DNA of 62,215 bases, from assembly GCA_020850295.1 (NCBI GenBank), contig JADZEV010000003.1:1-62215 (forward strand), in the 5' to 3' direction. Position 1 is the stretch's first letter; the number at the start of each line of letters is the position of its first letter. Positions 24,920-34,651 of the stretch are shown piece after piece. This DNA comes from Candidatus Nomurabacteria bacterium (GTDB lineage Bacteria > Patescibacteriota > Minisyncoccia > Phycocordibacterales > UBA9973). The notes under the pieces were generated by a model that searched no databases, was not told the origin of the DNA, and saw nothing but the letters and a program-made list of their open reading frames with translations. Both the position numbers and the translations under genes were made by a program.

Positions 24920-26287
24920 TTATCTTCTAGAAACACCATATTGAACCAAATAGTCAATATCTGCCTGTACACTTCTGGCAATAGCCATAACATTATTACC
25001 GTAGAAACTATTGGCTGGTTTTTTACCATCACAAGCTCTTCCTGAGTAGTATCGACATGCGGCATTTCTTTCGTTTGACTCAGAACCTACAGCACCTCTT
25101 CTTTTCAAATAAACCGCTGAGGCCATAATAGCGTCTTGTGCTCTCCATGGATTTGCAATAGAAACACCTAAGTCAGAAGCGACCTCATCAGCAACAGTCT
25201 CCCAGGTAGAAGGGATAAATTGGGCAGGACCCATAGCTCCACCATAACCTCCTCCAGCAATAGGACAAGAAACTGGTGTTGTATCAGGGTCTAGTCCTAG
25301 AGCTGATGTAATGCGTTTAAATGGCTCTATATCTCTACTTGGCTTCATTATGTTAATCCAGCTCTTAGACGGCGGATCACCTGCTCTGTTACAAGTACCA
25401 ACATTTTTACCTAGGTTTGATTCTTGAGTCAAAATAGCCAAAATGAAAGCTGTTCTAACACCGGTTTTAGCAGAAGCTCTTTCTGCATATTCATAAGCAT
25501 CAGCAAATGGAATAGCCTTAGTAGCACCTCCAGCAAAACTAAAGAGTTTGTTTCTTATTTCTGTAACCCTTTTTTGTCTTTCTGCCAAAACAGCCTGATA
25601 TTCGCTTTCTTTATTTTGACTTATTTTAAGAAGGGATTTTTTCTCTGCTTCAGATTTTTCTACAACTTTCTTTTGATAGTCTAGAGAGTTTTTTGCATCA
25701 AGTTCGTCTTCTTTTTTTGCCAACAGTTGTTCTTTTTGGTTTTCATTTAAAGACTTAACTTGTTTAATCTTATTTACTGACGCATAAAGAGATCTTTTGA
25801 TAGATAGAAAATCATCCAAGTCTTTATAAAAATCAGAAACACTATCTGAGCTAAGAAGTAAATAAGCCGGACCTTTTTGGTCTATCTCATTTGTTCTTTT
25901 TATGAGCTGAGTTAGAGAATTTCTCTCTCTATCTATCTCTGATTCAAGATCAGTAATAGTTTTAGCTTTTTGGTTTATTTCTTGGCCAAGCTTGTTAATA
26001 GCTATAGTTTTAGCTTGAATTTTGAGCCTGGCAGTGTTTATTTGAGAGGTAAGAAGAGAAACATCTTTTTTAAGTGTCCCTGTTTGCTGTTGTTGCTGTT
26101 TTAAAATAGCTTCTTTTTCCTTTATTTCTTGCTCTAATACTTTTAGCTCAGCTTCAAGCCTTGCCCGTTCTTCGGCGTCGGTAACTTGAGCAAAAACAGA
26201 GCTTATCTCTGGTGTGAAATCAATATAAGAAATACCGAAAGGAATACTTATAAAGAAAATTAATATTAAAATAAAAAGTCTACGCAT
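24920..26287 (-). CDS. secreted coiled-coil protein with C-terminal lytic transglycosylase (MltB/SLT_2-like) domain
   Basis: Signal anchor, long coiled coil, then ILTQESNLG (catalytic Glu) and GAMGPAQFIPSTW. Confidence 0.65.
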   Translation of the reverse strand: MRRLFILILIFFISIPFGISYIDFTPEISSVFAQVTDAEERARLEAELKVLEQEIKEKEAILKQQQQQTGTLKKDVSLLTSQINTARLKIQAKTIAINKLGQEINQKAKTITDLESEIDRERNSLTQLIKRTNEIDQKGPAYLLLSSDSVSDFYKDLDDFLSIKRSLYASVNKIKQVKSLNENQKEQLLAKKEDELDAKNSLDYQKKVVEKSEAEKKSLLKISQNKESEYQAVLAERQKRVTEIRNKLFSFAGGATKAIPFADAYEYAERASAKTGVRTAFILAILTQESNLGKNVGTCNRAGDPPSKSWINIMKPSRDIEPFKRITSALGLDPDTTPVSCPIAGGGYGGAMGPAQFIPSTWETVADEVASDLGVSIANPWRAQDAIMASAVYLKRRGAVGSESNERNAACRYYSGRACDGKKPANSFYGNNVMAIARSVQADIDYLVQYGVSRR

Positions 26288-26363
26288 ATTAAGTAAGACT
26301 TTTATTATAACAAATCATTACATCTTAGACTCTTGACCTAAGAGTGTTTATATAGAGTAGTTA

Positions 26364-26996
26364 TTATTCAGATGATTCTGATTCTTCTTCTTTCTTACCT
26401 TTCTTTTCTACTTCAATAGAATCAACATCAAGAACTGGAGCTTCTTCTTTCTCTTCTGAGAATGCAGATACAGAAGCAATTATTTCTTCAGGTTCTGTGA
26501 TAAGAGAAACGCCTTTTGGTAAAACAATATCTTTTGCATGAATAGACTGATGAAGTTCTACAAGTGGAGTCAGGTCAACTTCTATAGAGTGTGGCAAGTC
26601 AGCAGGAAGCGCTTTAACTTCAAGTTCGTGCATAACTTTAACAACAATACCAAGACCGGCTTTTTCAGCTTCTGCTAGTCCAGTAAATTCAATAGGAACA
26701 GAAACTTCTGTTTCTTTATTCATATCAACAACCAAAAAGTCTATGTGCATAGGCGCACCTGTTACAGGATCCTTTTGAAGATCGTGTACAAGACAAGGAA
26801 TCTTTTCTCCTTCTACATCCAAAGATATAGCAGTAGTTTCCCCTGCTTCTCTAAAGAGCTTGATAAATTCTATAGATGGCACAGATATAGAAGTAGATTC
26901 CTTTTTAAAGCCATAAAACACAGCTGGGACCAATCCTTGGTCACGAATATCAGCTATCTTCTCATCTGTTCTTTTAGTTGCTTTTAGTATTAACAT
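26364..26996 (-). CDS. rplY: 50S ribosomal protein L25/general stress protein Ctc
   Basis: R..GLVPAVFYG.......I......F......I.L.V.G........D.Q.DPV......H.DF, plus an acidic tail. Confidence 0.9.
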   Translation of the reverse strand: MLILKATKRTDEKIADIRDQGLVPAVFYGFKKESTSISVPSIEFIKLFREAGETTAISLDVEGEKIPCLVHDLQKDPVTGAPMHIDFLVVDMNKETEVSVPIEFTGLAEAEKAGLGIVVKVMHELEVKALPADLPHSIEVDLTPLVELHQSIHAKDIVLPKGVSLITEPEEIIASVSAFSEEKEEAPVLDVDSIEVEKKGKKEEESESSE

Positions 26997-27032
26997 AGGG
27001 CTTCATTATACGGCAAAAGTCCAAAAATGCAA

Positions 27033-27554
27033 CTACCAAGTTGTCTGTAAATCCCTTAAATCATTTTTATATTCAGTTAACCTTCTTAAAACTGCCTGAC
27101 TTATATTTTCTGGTAATTGACTTAATAGAAACCATTTAGCATCATCTAATTCCCATTGTTTTACAAAATCTGGAGATGTTAATCTAACCACAAATATAAA
27201 TATCTTATCTCTTTTGCCTTCTATGGAAGATTTGTATTGACCTAATTGATATTCTACAGAATTAACTTTTATACCCAGCTCTTCTTTTAATTCTCTGTAT
27301 AAACATTGCTCTGGTGTTTCATTCTTATTAATACCTCCTCCTGGAATAGTCCAGTAAGGTAGATTAATATTTTTAACAAGAAGAATTTTGTTTTCAAACA
27401 AAATAATAGCTCTTGATCCTTCAGTTTTTGGATTAAAAATTTTCCAATATAGTCTGACAAAAGGATATATAAGATATTTAAAAAATCTATTTTTAAATAA
27501 ATTTATAATGGATTTTTTACGAACTATGTTCTTTGTCATGATTTCTGATGACAT
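27033..27554 (-). CDS. NUDIX hydrolase
   Basis: Nudix box GGGINKNETPEQCLYRELKEELG. The start is uncertain (ATG at 27554 or 27539). It overlaps the 3' end of the upstream gene. Confidence 0.75.
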   Translation of the reverse strand: MSSEIMTKNIVRKKSIINLFKNRFFKYLIYPFVRLYWKIFNPKTEGSRAIILFENKILLVKNINLPYWTIPGGGINKNETPEQCLYRELKEELGIKVNSVEYQLGQYKSSIEGKRDKIFIFVVRLTSPDFVKQWELDDAKWFLLSQLPENISQAVLRRLTEYKNDLRDLQTTW

Positions 27555-29178
27555 GGTCGGTAATATATTTAAATGATCCGCCGACTTTTTTGCCAGGGTT
27601 GAAGATGTTTTGTGGATCAAATATATCTTTGGTTTTCTGGAAAAGTTCAAGCATCTTTGGTGAGAACATATAAGACAGATATGGCGTTCTGATGATGCCG
27701 TCATTATGCTCTGCTGTGATAGAGCCTTTAAATTCTCGAACTAGTGAGTAAACTTTTTCTGATAAATCTAAAATTATTTCTGAAGAAAATGGATTTTCTA
27801 AATCCATAAGAGGAATAATGTGAAAGTTTCCATTTCCAGCATGCCCAGCAATAGTATAGTCGAGCTTGTAGTGAGAAAGTATTTCTTGTAAACGAGGCAA
27901 AAATACTGGCATGTCGTGAGGACTTACTACGATGTCATCTATAAAAGGAGCCGTTCTTTTGCCTTTTGCATGGTTGCGAAGAAGTGCAAAACTTTCTCTT
28001 CTAACAGTCCAATACTTTTCTATTTCTCTATTTGTTTTTGCAATTTTTGTTTGGAACTTATATTTTTTGACTGCTTCTTTGATAGTTTCTGCTTTTTTAA
28101 TTAGCTCTTGTTCATCGTCTCCTGTGACTTCTACCATTAGTATCAGCTTCGGTAACCCGCCTCGAAGTATCAAAAGCATATCCGGTATAAAACTAATACC
28201 AAGTTTTATAGCACCCCAAAAACCAAGCCTTTTGAAAAAGTCTTTAATAAACCTGATCGCAAGCTTCATACTATAGTCATCAAAAGATTCGAAGCTCTCC
28301 GGCTCATAATCCATGACAGTATCGACAACCTCTCCGAGTCTGTCTAACTTGTTCATATAGATAACAACCATTTTGGAATGCTTAGGAACCGGAACAAGTC
28401 CAAGTTCAGCTTCAACTGTTATACCAAGTGTACCTTGAGCTCCAACTAGAAGTTTATTTAAATCAAATATTTCTTTTTCTTTATCCCAAACATTCCAAAG
28501 ATAGTAACCAGCAGAATTTTTTGAGACTTGTGGTTTAGCTTTTTGTATCTCTTCGTAATTTTCGTTTATAAGAGCGAAAAGTTTTTTATACACATTTCCT
28601 TCAAAATCATTTTGGGATATTTTTTGTTCAAGTTGTGATTTATTCAAAGGCTTTATTTCATATATATTTCCATCAGAGAAAACCATTTTTTGTCTTTTGA
28701 GATATCTTTCTACTTTGCCGTATTTGATAGTTTTTTCTCCGCCACTATTATTACTAACCATACCTCCAATAGCGCATATAGTTTTTGACGCAGTATATGC
28801 TGGCATCATTTTATTTATCTTTAGAGTTTCTTTTTCAAAATCTCGATAAAATACTCCAGGCTCAACAATACCTTTTTCATCATCTATAGAAATTATTTTG
28901 TTTAAATACCGAGTAGTATCTAAAATAATAGACTCGTTTAGTGGGCCACCTGACATATCGGTACCTGCAGACCTGGCTGTTATAGAAATACTTTCATCGC
29001 TTGGCTTTTGGCCACTGACATATTTAACCAGACTCTTTATATCATTGGCATCCTTTGGAAAAACTACCAAACTAGGAACAACCTCAAAAAGTGAAGCATC
29101 GTGGGAATAATTTAAAAGTATATCTTTTTCAAAATGAATATCTCCCTTAAAGTTTTCTTTTATTTTATCTATATTCAT
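27517..29178 (-). CDS. FAD-binding oxidoreductase (GlcD/D-lactate dehydrogenase-like)
   Basis: PCMH-type FAD_binding_4 N-terminus (VVFPKDANDIKSLVKY..ITARSAGTDMSGG) and FAD-oxidase C-terminal domain (GSITAEHNDG). Confidence 0.8.
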   Translation of the reverse strand: MNIDKIKENFKGDIHFEKDILLNYSHDASLFEVVPSLVVFPKDANDIKSLVKYVSGQKPSDESISITARSAGTDMSGGPLNESIILDTTRYLNKIISIDDEKGIVEPGVFYRDFEKETLKINKMMPAYTASKTICAIGGMVSNNSGGEKTIKYGKVERYLKRQKMVFSDGNIYEIKPLNKSQLEQKISQNDFEGNVYKKLFALINENYEEIQKAKPQVSKNSAGYYLWNVWDKEKEIFDLNKLLVGAQGTLGITVEAELGLVPVPKHSKMVVIYMNKLDRLGEVVDTVMDYEPESFESFDDYSMKLAIRFIKDFFKRLGFWGAIKLGISFIPDMLLILRGGLPKLILMVEVTGDDEQELIKKAETIKEAVKKYKFQTKIAKTNREIEKYWTVRRESFALLRNHAKGKRTAPFIDDIVVSPHDMPVFLPRLQEILSHYKLDYTIAGHAGNGNFHIIPLMDLENPFSSEIILDLSEKVYSLVREFKGSITAEHNDGIIRTPYLSYMFSPKMLELFQKTKDIFDPQNIFNPGKKVGGSFKYITDHVIRNHDKEHSS

Positions 29179-29181
29179 AAA

Positions 29182-30057
29182 TTATTTATTATTAAATACT
29201 TTTAGCTTTTCAATAACTACTCTTTTTATAGCGTCTTTAGCCATTGGTAGATATTTATATGGCGCTATTTCATCTTTGTTCTCTACTGTTAAGCTATCAA
29301 TCAAGGCGTCTTTATAAGCTACTCTTATCTCTGTATTGATATGAACTATAGCTACACCTCTATCGATACACGCCCTGATATCTTGATCTGTATTTCCAGA
29401 AGCTCCATGAAGAACAAGTGGAATATTTGCTTCTTGATAAATTTGTCCAACCCTCTCTGGATGAAGAGCTGGTTCACCACTTTTAACCATACCGTGAATA
29501 TTGCCGACGGAAGGAGCTAGTAGGTCGATGCCTGTATTTTCTACAAAATATTTTGCATCTTCTGATTTGGTCATAGTTTCCTTTCCTACTCCTTCTGGAA
29601 CACCATCTAAAAGTTTCGAAGATGAGCCTATAAATCCAAGCTCTGCTTCTATCAAAATATCTCTACCAAATTCTTTTGAGATTTTACGCGCATAATCTAC
29701 GCACTGTTTTGTTATTTTTATATTCTCTTCTATTGGAAGTTTGACCAAATCAATAATAGCCATATCAAAGCCGGCGTCTATTGATTTTTTGACTGATTCA
29801 AAAGAATAATGGTGGTCGGCGTTTAAAAAAACTGGTACTTTTGCAGTTTGCTTTAAAACACTAACAATACCTGCCAATACTTGAGTTCCAATATATCCTT
29901 CCTCTCCCTCTGTGGCTCCTAAAATAATAGGAACATTTAATTCTTCAGCCGCCTCTACTATAGCGTGCACTGCATCTAGATTTGAAACATTAAAATGGCC
30001 AATAGCTCTTTTCTCTTTCCTTGCTTCATTTATATAAGCTCTTAGCGATTTTTGCAT
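29182..30057 (-). CDS. fba: class II fructose/ketose-bisphosphate aldolase
   Basis: AIGHFNVSNL, PVFLNADHH, LVLHGASG, KINTE-like INTE. Confidence 0.88.
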   Translation of the reverse strand: MQKSLRAYINEARKEKRAIGHFNVSNLDAVHAIVEAAEELNVPIILGATEGEEGYIGTQVLAGIVSVLKQTAKVPVFLNADHHYSFESVKKSIDAGFDMAIIDLVKLPIEENIKITKQCVDYARKISKEFGRDILIEAELGFIGSSSKLLDGVPEGVGKETMTKSEDAKYFVENTGIDLLAPSVGNIHGMVKSGEPALHPERVGQIYQEANIPLVLHGASGNTDQDIRACIDRGVAIVHINTEIRVAYKDALIDSLTVENKDEIAPYKYLPMAKDAIKRVVIEKLKVFNNK

Positions 30058-30089
30058 ATAAGAATTGTATCACAAAGAAAAAATCGCTA

Positions 30090-30098
30090 TGTTATAAT
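30090..30098 (+). promoter_or_regulatory. extended -10 element (leaderless geometry) for the pfkB-family kinase
   Basis: TGtTATAAT ends 6 nt before the ATG at 30105. Confidence 0.5.
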
Positions 30099-30104
30099 CT
30101 TCTT

Positions 30105-31097
30105 ATGGAAAATGAACAAATAGACTTTTTGGCTATCGGTGACGTTGTTACCGATGCTTTTATAAAAATCAAAGACGCAAGAGTTAGCTGTGACATAGAT
30201 GATCACAACTGCAGAATATCTCTTAGTTTTGGTGATAAAGTTCCTTATGAATCAGTAGAAGAGGTGCGAGCTGTTGGAAATAGCGCTAATGCTGCTGTAT
30301 CTGCTTCTAGATTAGGAGTAAAGAGCGCATTGATAGCAAATGTTGGAAAAGACATCCACGGAGATAACTGCCTATCTGAACTACAAAAAAATAATGTCAG
30401 TACAAAATATATGGGAGTACACGAAGGTATACCTACAAACTATCACTATGTGCTTTGGTATGATGTAGACCGAACTATTTTGGTAAAGCATGCTCACTTC
30501 CCTGCTTCTTTTCCGGGCGATATGATTCCTCCAAAAATGATTTATTTATCTTCTTTGGGTGAAGGGACTGAAGAATATCATGATCAAATATCAGACTATT
30601 TGATAAAAAATCCTGATACAAAACTAGTATTCCAACCTGGAACATTTCAAATGAAAATGGGTACCGAGAGACTAAAAAATATTTATTCTAGAGCAGATAT
30701 ATTTTTCTGTAATGTTGAAGAAGCACAAAGAATACTAGACTCTAAAGAATCAGATATAAAATCTTTGGCTAGCTCATTACATGCTCTTGGACTAAAAACT
30801 GTCTTTATAACTGATGGTATCAAAGGCGCTTATGCTTCTGATGGAAACGAAGTTTGGTTCATGCCTGTTTATCCTCAAACACCGTTTGAAAGAACTGGTG
30901 CAGGAGACGCTTTTTCTTCAACCGTAGCTACTGCCATCCTTATGGGTAAATCAATACAAGAAGCTCTTATTTGGGGACCTATCAACTCTATGAGTGTTGT
31001 TCAATATGTTGGCGCGCAAAAAGGTCTGCTTAGTATGGAAAAACTAGAAGAATATATCAAAAACGCTCCAGAAGAATACAAACCAAAGTTAATTTAG
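30105..31097 (+). CDS. pfkB-family carbohydrate/nucleoside kinase
   Basis: GDVVTD.., GNSANAAV, C-terminal TGAGDAFSS motif. The start is moved to MENEQIDF because the upstream part of the track ORF is antisense to fba. Confidence 0.8.
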   Translation: MENEQIDFLAIGDVVTDAFIKIKDARVSCDIDDHNCRISLSFGDKVPYESVEEVRAVGNSANAAVSASRLGVKSALIANVGKDIHGDNCLSELQKNNVSTKYMGVHEGIPTNYHYVLWYDVDRTILVKHAHFPASFPGDMIPPKMIYLSSLGEGTEEYHDQISDYLIKNPDTKLVFQPGTFQMKMGTERLKNIYSRADIFFCNVEEAQRILDSKESDIKSLASSLHALGLKTVFITDGIKGAYASDGNEVWFMPVYPQTPFERTGAGDAFSSTVATAILMGKSIQEALIWGPINSMSVVQYVGAQKGLLSMEKLEEYIKNAPEEYKPKLI

Positions 31098-31102
31098 TTA
31101 GT

Positions 31103-31211
31103 AAAATAAAATACATATTGTTTTAAAGTGTTACGCAGGATGACTGATCCAAGTAGCAGTGATTTGTCTTCAGACAAATACACGACTTTAAAACAATATG
31201 TATTTTATTTT
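31103..31211. repeat. perfect 27-bp inverted repeat enclosing 55 nt; fills the whole convergent intergenic gap
   Basis: AAAATAAAATACATATTGTTTTAAAGT (31103-31129) pairs with ACTTTAAAACAATATGTATTTTATTTT (31185-31211). There is an inner palindrome ATTTGTCT-tc-AGACAAAT (31162-31179). Confidence 0.9.
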
Positions 31212-32209
31212 GTATTATTCTTCCTATCTATCACCTTCAAAACCGCAGAAGTTATAGCGTCGCGTCCCATACCGTAATGCTCGATTAGTTCTAGCGGTGT
31301 TCCTGATTGACCAAATTCGTCTTTTACTCCTATGAATTCTATAGGTGTTGGATTATTTTTGGCTAAGCACTCAGCTACAGCACTTCCCAAGCCTCCTGCT
31401 ATCTGATGCTCTTCTACTGTGACTATAGCTTTTGTTTCTTTGGCAACTTTTATTATCAAATCTTCATCAAGTGGTTTTATAGTATGAATATTTACTACAA
31501 TAACTTTGATATGTTTCTTTTCTAAATCTTTGGCTACACGAAGAGCGTTGGCAACAAGTCCTCCTGTTGCGATTATGGCAACATGAGCAATACCCTCTGG
31601 TCGGAAAAATATTTGCCCCTTTCCAAATTCAAATGGCGTATCTTCTGTAGTAATAATAGGAGTCTTTTCCCGAGCAAGTCTTAAATATGAGATTTTTGGA
31701 CTTTCTCCTAATGCAAGAGTTGCTTTCTTAGCCTGGAGTGCATCACAAGGCGAAATAACGCTCATACGAGGGATAACTCGCATCAAAGCTATGTCTTCTA
31801 TAGCTTGGTGAGTTCCACCATCTGGACCTACAGATACTCCTGCATGAGAACCAACAACAACAGCGGGTCTGTCGTTATAGCAAATAGTAGTTCGGATCTG
31901 CTCCCAATTTCTCCCTGGTGAGAACATGGCATAAGAAGAAAAAAACGGATACTTCCCCATGGCGCTCATGCCAGAAGCAACAGTGGCTAGATTTTGTTCT
32001 GCAACGCCTATCTCAACGAATCTCTCAGGGAATTTGTCTTTGAAGAAATGCATCTTAGTAGATTCTGTTAGATCTGCAGACAAAGCCACAATATTTTTAT
32101 TTTTCTCCCCCGCCAAAGCCAAACCTTCACCGAAACCTTTACGGATAGGTACCTGCTCTACATCATCATTAAAAATTTTATTATTTAATTTTAATTCAGG
32201 ATTTAACAT
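31205..32209 (-). CDS. transketolase, C-terminal (pyrimidine-binding) subunit
   Basis: RKGFGEGL.., EIGVAEQN, GPDGGTHQAIEDIA. Confidence 0.9.
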   Translation of the reverse strand: MLNPELKLNNKIFNDDVEQVPIRKGFGEGLALAGEKNKNIVALSADLTESTKMHFFKDKFPERFVEIGVAEQNLATVASGMSAMGKYPFFSSYAMFSPGRNWEQIRTTICYNDRPAVVVGSHAGVSVGPDGGTHQAIEDIALMRVIPRMSVISPCDALQAKKATLALGESPKISYLRLAREKTPIITTEDTPFEFGKGQIFFRPEGIAHVAIIATGGLVANALRVAKDLEKKHIKVIVVNIHTIKPLDEDLIIKVAKETKAIVTVEEHQIAGGLGSAVAECLAKNNPTPIEFIGVKDEFGQSGTPLELIEHYGMGRDAITSAVLKVIDRKNNTK

Positions 32210-32212
32210 AAT

Positions 32213-32428
32213 TTAATTATCACGCACAAATATAAATCTGGGAACTATTTTACCCTCCCATTCTACATCTTTAAAAAATAAATCAATTGGGCGAGCATAA
32301 GTATTACCATCTTCTTGTCTTTGATATACCACCAACTCTTCTCCTGTTTCTGAATGCTTACAAAAAACCAACATCTTATAATGCTTCCCCTTATAGTGTC
32401 TCCAAATTTGTCCAACTTTTAATTCCAT
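32213..32428 (-). CDS. DUF1653-like small protein
   Basis: G..WRHYKGK.Y........SETGEELVVYQ.......YARP...F. Called from memory. Confidence 0.6.
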   Translation of the reverse strand: MELKVGQIWRHYKGKHYKMLVFCKHSETGEELVVYQRQEDGNTYARPIDLFFKDVEWEGKIVPRFIFVRDN

Positions 32429-32429
32429 A

Positions 32430-32633
32430 TTATTTTTGCCTTAAATAATCAAATATTGTTATAAAAACATAAAAAGATTGAAGTATTATAAATATAGTAT
32501 CTTTTTTATAAATACTGTAAACAAGTAAACATGCACCTCCTAAAAATGAAAGCGTGTCTCTTAACTTTCTTGATTTTACAAGAAGACCAAGCGAAACTAA
32601 TATTAAGCCTATTATTCCAATAAATAAAAACAT
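32430..32633 (-). CDS. small 3-TM membrane protein
   Basis: Three hydrophobic helices. The ATG at 32633 directly follows the stop of the transketolase N-subunit. The family is uncertain; the topology resembles LAB_N or SemiSWEET. Confidence 0.45.
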   Translation of the reverse strand: MFLFIGIIGLILVSLGLLVKSRKLRDTLSFLGGACLLVYSIYKKDTIFIILQSFYVFITIFDYLRQK

Positions 32634-32634
32634 T

Positions 32635-33504
32635 TTAGTTATGCTCACTCTTAATCTTACCGTTTAATGTTCGCAATTCTTTTAGGGCCATACTTGCCTC
32701 TTCTTTGTTTGGCGCCTTTCCGTGCCACTCAAACTTTCTTTCAAACTCTCTTACACCTTTTCCTGGAATTGTTCGAGCGATTATAACTGATGGTTTTTCA
32801 AATACTGCTTTGGCTTTGTGAACCGCATCAATTATAGCTTCAATATTGTGCCCATCTATTTCCTGAACATGCCAGTTAAAGGCTTCCCATTTAGCAACGA
32901 GAGAGTCTAGAGGCATGACATCTTCAGTGTAGCCATCTATTTGAATGTTGTTTCTATCTACTATTGCTATCAAGTTTCTTAATTTTTCTTTACCAGCAAG
33001 CATTATGGCTTCCCAGTTATTACCCTCATTTAGTTCTCCGTCTCCGAGTAGACAATAAAAATATTTATCACTTGTAATGCCATTATCTATCCTTTCTGCC
33101 AGAGCCATACCTACAGCCTGAGACAATCCTGAACCAAGTGGACCAGAAGAATTTTCAAGCATTGGAAGAAACTCTCTGTGTGGATGACCCTGAAGCCGAC
33201 TTCCAAACTTGCGAAGACTTTGGAGTTCCTCAATATCAAAATAACCAGCGTGAGCCATAGTCGCATAAAGAACTGGATTTATATGACCGTTTGAAAGTAC
33301 TAGTCTATCTCGGTCTGCCCAATCTGGTTTCTTGGGATCATGACGAAGTAAGTCAAAATAAAGCGCTGTAAAAACATCAGCCATACCAAGAGGTCCTGCG
33401 GTGTGCCCTGAACCAGCGCTAAGCAACATTGAGATAATACTTTCTCTTATTTCATTTGCTTTAAGTGCAAGCTCTCTAGTTGTGTATGTACCAAATGCTT
33501 TCAT
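32635..33504 (-). CDS. transketolase, N-terminal (TPP-binding) subunit
   Basis: SGHTAGPLG, SNGH, GDGELNEGNNWEA. Confidence 0.9.
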   Translation of the reverse strand: MKAFGTYTTRELALKANEIRESIISMLLSAGSGHTAGPLGMADVFTALYFDLLRHDPKKPDWADRDRLVLSNGHINPVLYATMAHAGYFDIEELQSLRKFGSRLQGHPHREFLPMLENSSGPLGSGLSQAVGMALAERIDNGITSDKYFYCLLGDGELNEGNNWEAIMLAGKEKLRNLIAIVDRNNIQIDGYTEDVMPLDSLVAKWEAFNWHVQEIDGHNIEAIIDAVHKAKAVFEKPSVIIARTIPGKGVREFERKFEWHGKAPNKEEASMALKELRTLNGKIKSEHN

Positions 33505-33513
33505 TAAAAATAT

Positions 33514-34212
33514 TTATGAATTCGCAATATCTTGTAACATCTTTATTGTACCGTGTGGATCCTCACTTTGAAATACCTTTGAACCAACAACAAGTCTTCG
33601 GGCACCAGCTTCAACAAGTGCAAAAATATTGTCAGCACCCACTCCGCCATCAACACTTACTCGAATACTTCCTCCGTATAAATCATAGACTTCTTTTACT
33701 AAAGGTATAACTTTGTCTGTGAAAGCCTGCCCTTGCAAACCTAAATGCTCTATTCCCATGCATTGAACTCTACGCAGATATGGTATAAGTGGAGCTATCT
33801 CTTTTGGGTCTTCGTCTACACCGATAGCAATACCGAAAGAAATAGTTTGCCTAACGGCTTCAGGTAATGATTCAAAATATGAGACCAAAGACTCTACAGA
33901 TACTGTTTTTTTGTGAAAAATTATTTTTGAGGGACCAAGAGCAATAAATGTGTCTATTTGAGAAAGTGGATCTGAGATCATGAGATCAAATTCATAGTTA
34001 GTACTATCCCAGTATGGCAAGCCTTCTTCTTCTTTTAAAATAGAATCTTTTTTGAAAATATCTTTGCCGTTAAACCACCAAGTTTTATTGTTTACATATT
34101 TACCATCACAAAAATCAAGTTGTATAGTTGGCGCTATAGAATGAACAGCGTCTACAGAGTCTTGTATTTCTTTATATGTTTGTGGTAATACCGCTGGAAT
34201 AATTTCTATCAT
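33514..34212 (-). CDS. ribulose-phosphate 3-epimerase-like TIM-barrel protein (divergent, with insertion)
   Basis: IQLDFCDGKYV, GLQGQAF, VSVDGGVG..N......AGA...VVGSKVF parallel the Rpe motifs. It sits in the PPP gene cluster. Confidence 0.55.
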   Translation of the reverse strand: MIEIIPAVLPQTYKEIQDSVDAVHSIAPTIQLDFCDGKYVNNKTWWFNGKDIFKKDSILKEEEGLPYWDSTNYEFDLMISDPLSQIDTFIALGPSKIIFHKKTVSVESLVSYFESLPEAVRQTISFGIAIGVDEDPKEIAPLIPYLRRVQCMGIEHLGLQGQAFTDKVIPLVKEVYDLYGGSIRVSVDGGVGADNIFALVEAGARRLVVGSKVFQSEDPHGTIKMLQDIANS

Positions 34213-34213
34213 T

Positions 34214-34648
34214 TTAAAACTTTCCTAACCTTCTAATATGTCTTTCTTCTCCTGAGAATTCTGTGTTTAACCAAATATTAACAGCTTCGTTTACTTCTTC
34301 TCCTGTCATAAATCTAGCGCCAATAGATAAAATATTGGCATCATTGTGTTCTCTAGAGAATTTCAAAATATCTTTGTTCCCACCGTAGTAAACTACAGCC
34401 CTAGCTCCAGGTATACGATTTGCACACATAGCTTCCCCTTCACCAGAGCCTCCAAAGATAACAGCTTTGTCACTTTCTGAGATAGAAACAGCGTGTGCGC
34501 AAGGTGTTATAAAATCTGGATAATCATCGTTTTCATCTAACTTGATGTTGCCATGATCAAAAACCTCATAATTATGAGCTAGTAAATAAGCTTTTAAAGA
34601 TTCTTTAAGCTCAAAACCGGCATGATCTGTAGCTAAGTGTATTTTCAT
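34214..34648 (-). CDS. rpiB: ribose-5-phosphate isomerase B
   Basis: MKIHLATDHAGFELK, GGSGEGEAMCANRIPGARA. Confidence 0.9.
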   Translation of the reverse strand: MKIHLATDHAGFELKESLKAYLLAHNYEVFDHGNIKLDENDDYPDFITPCAHAVSISESDKAVIFGGSGEGEAMCANRIPGARAVVYYGGNKDILKFSREHNDANILSIGARFMTGEEVNEAVNIWLNTEFSGEERHIRRLGKF

Positions 34649-34651
34649 GAT

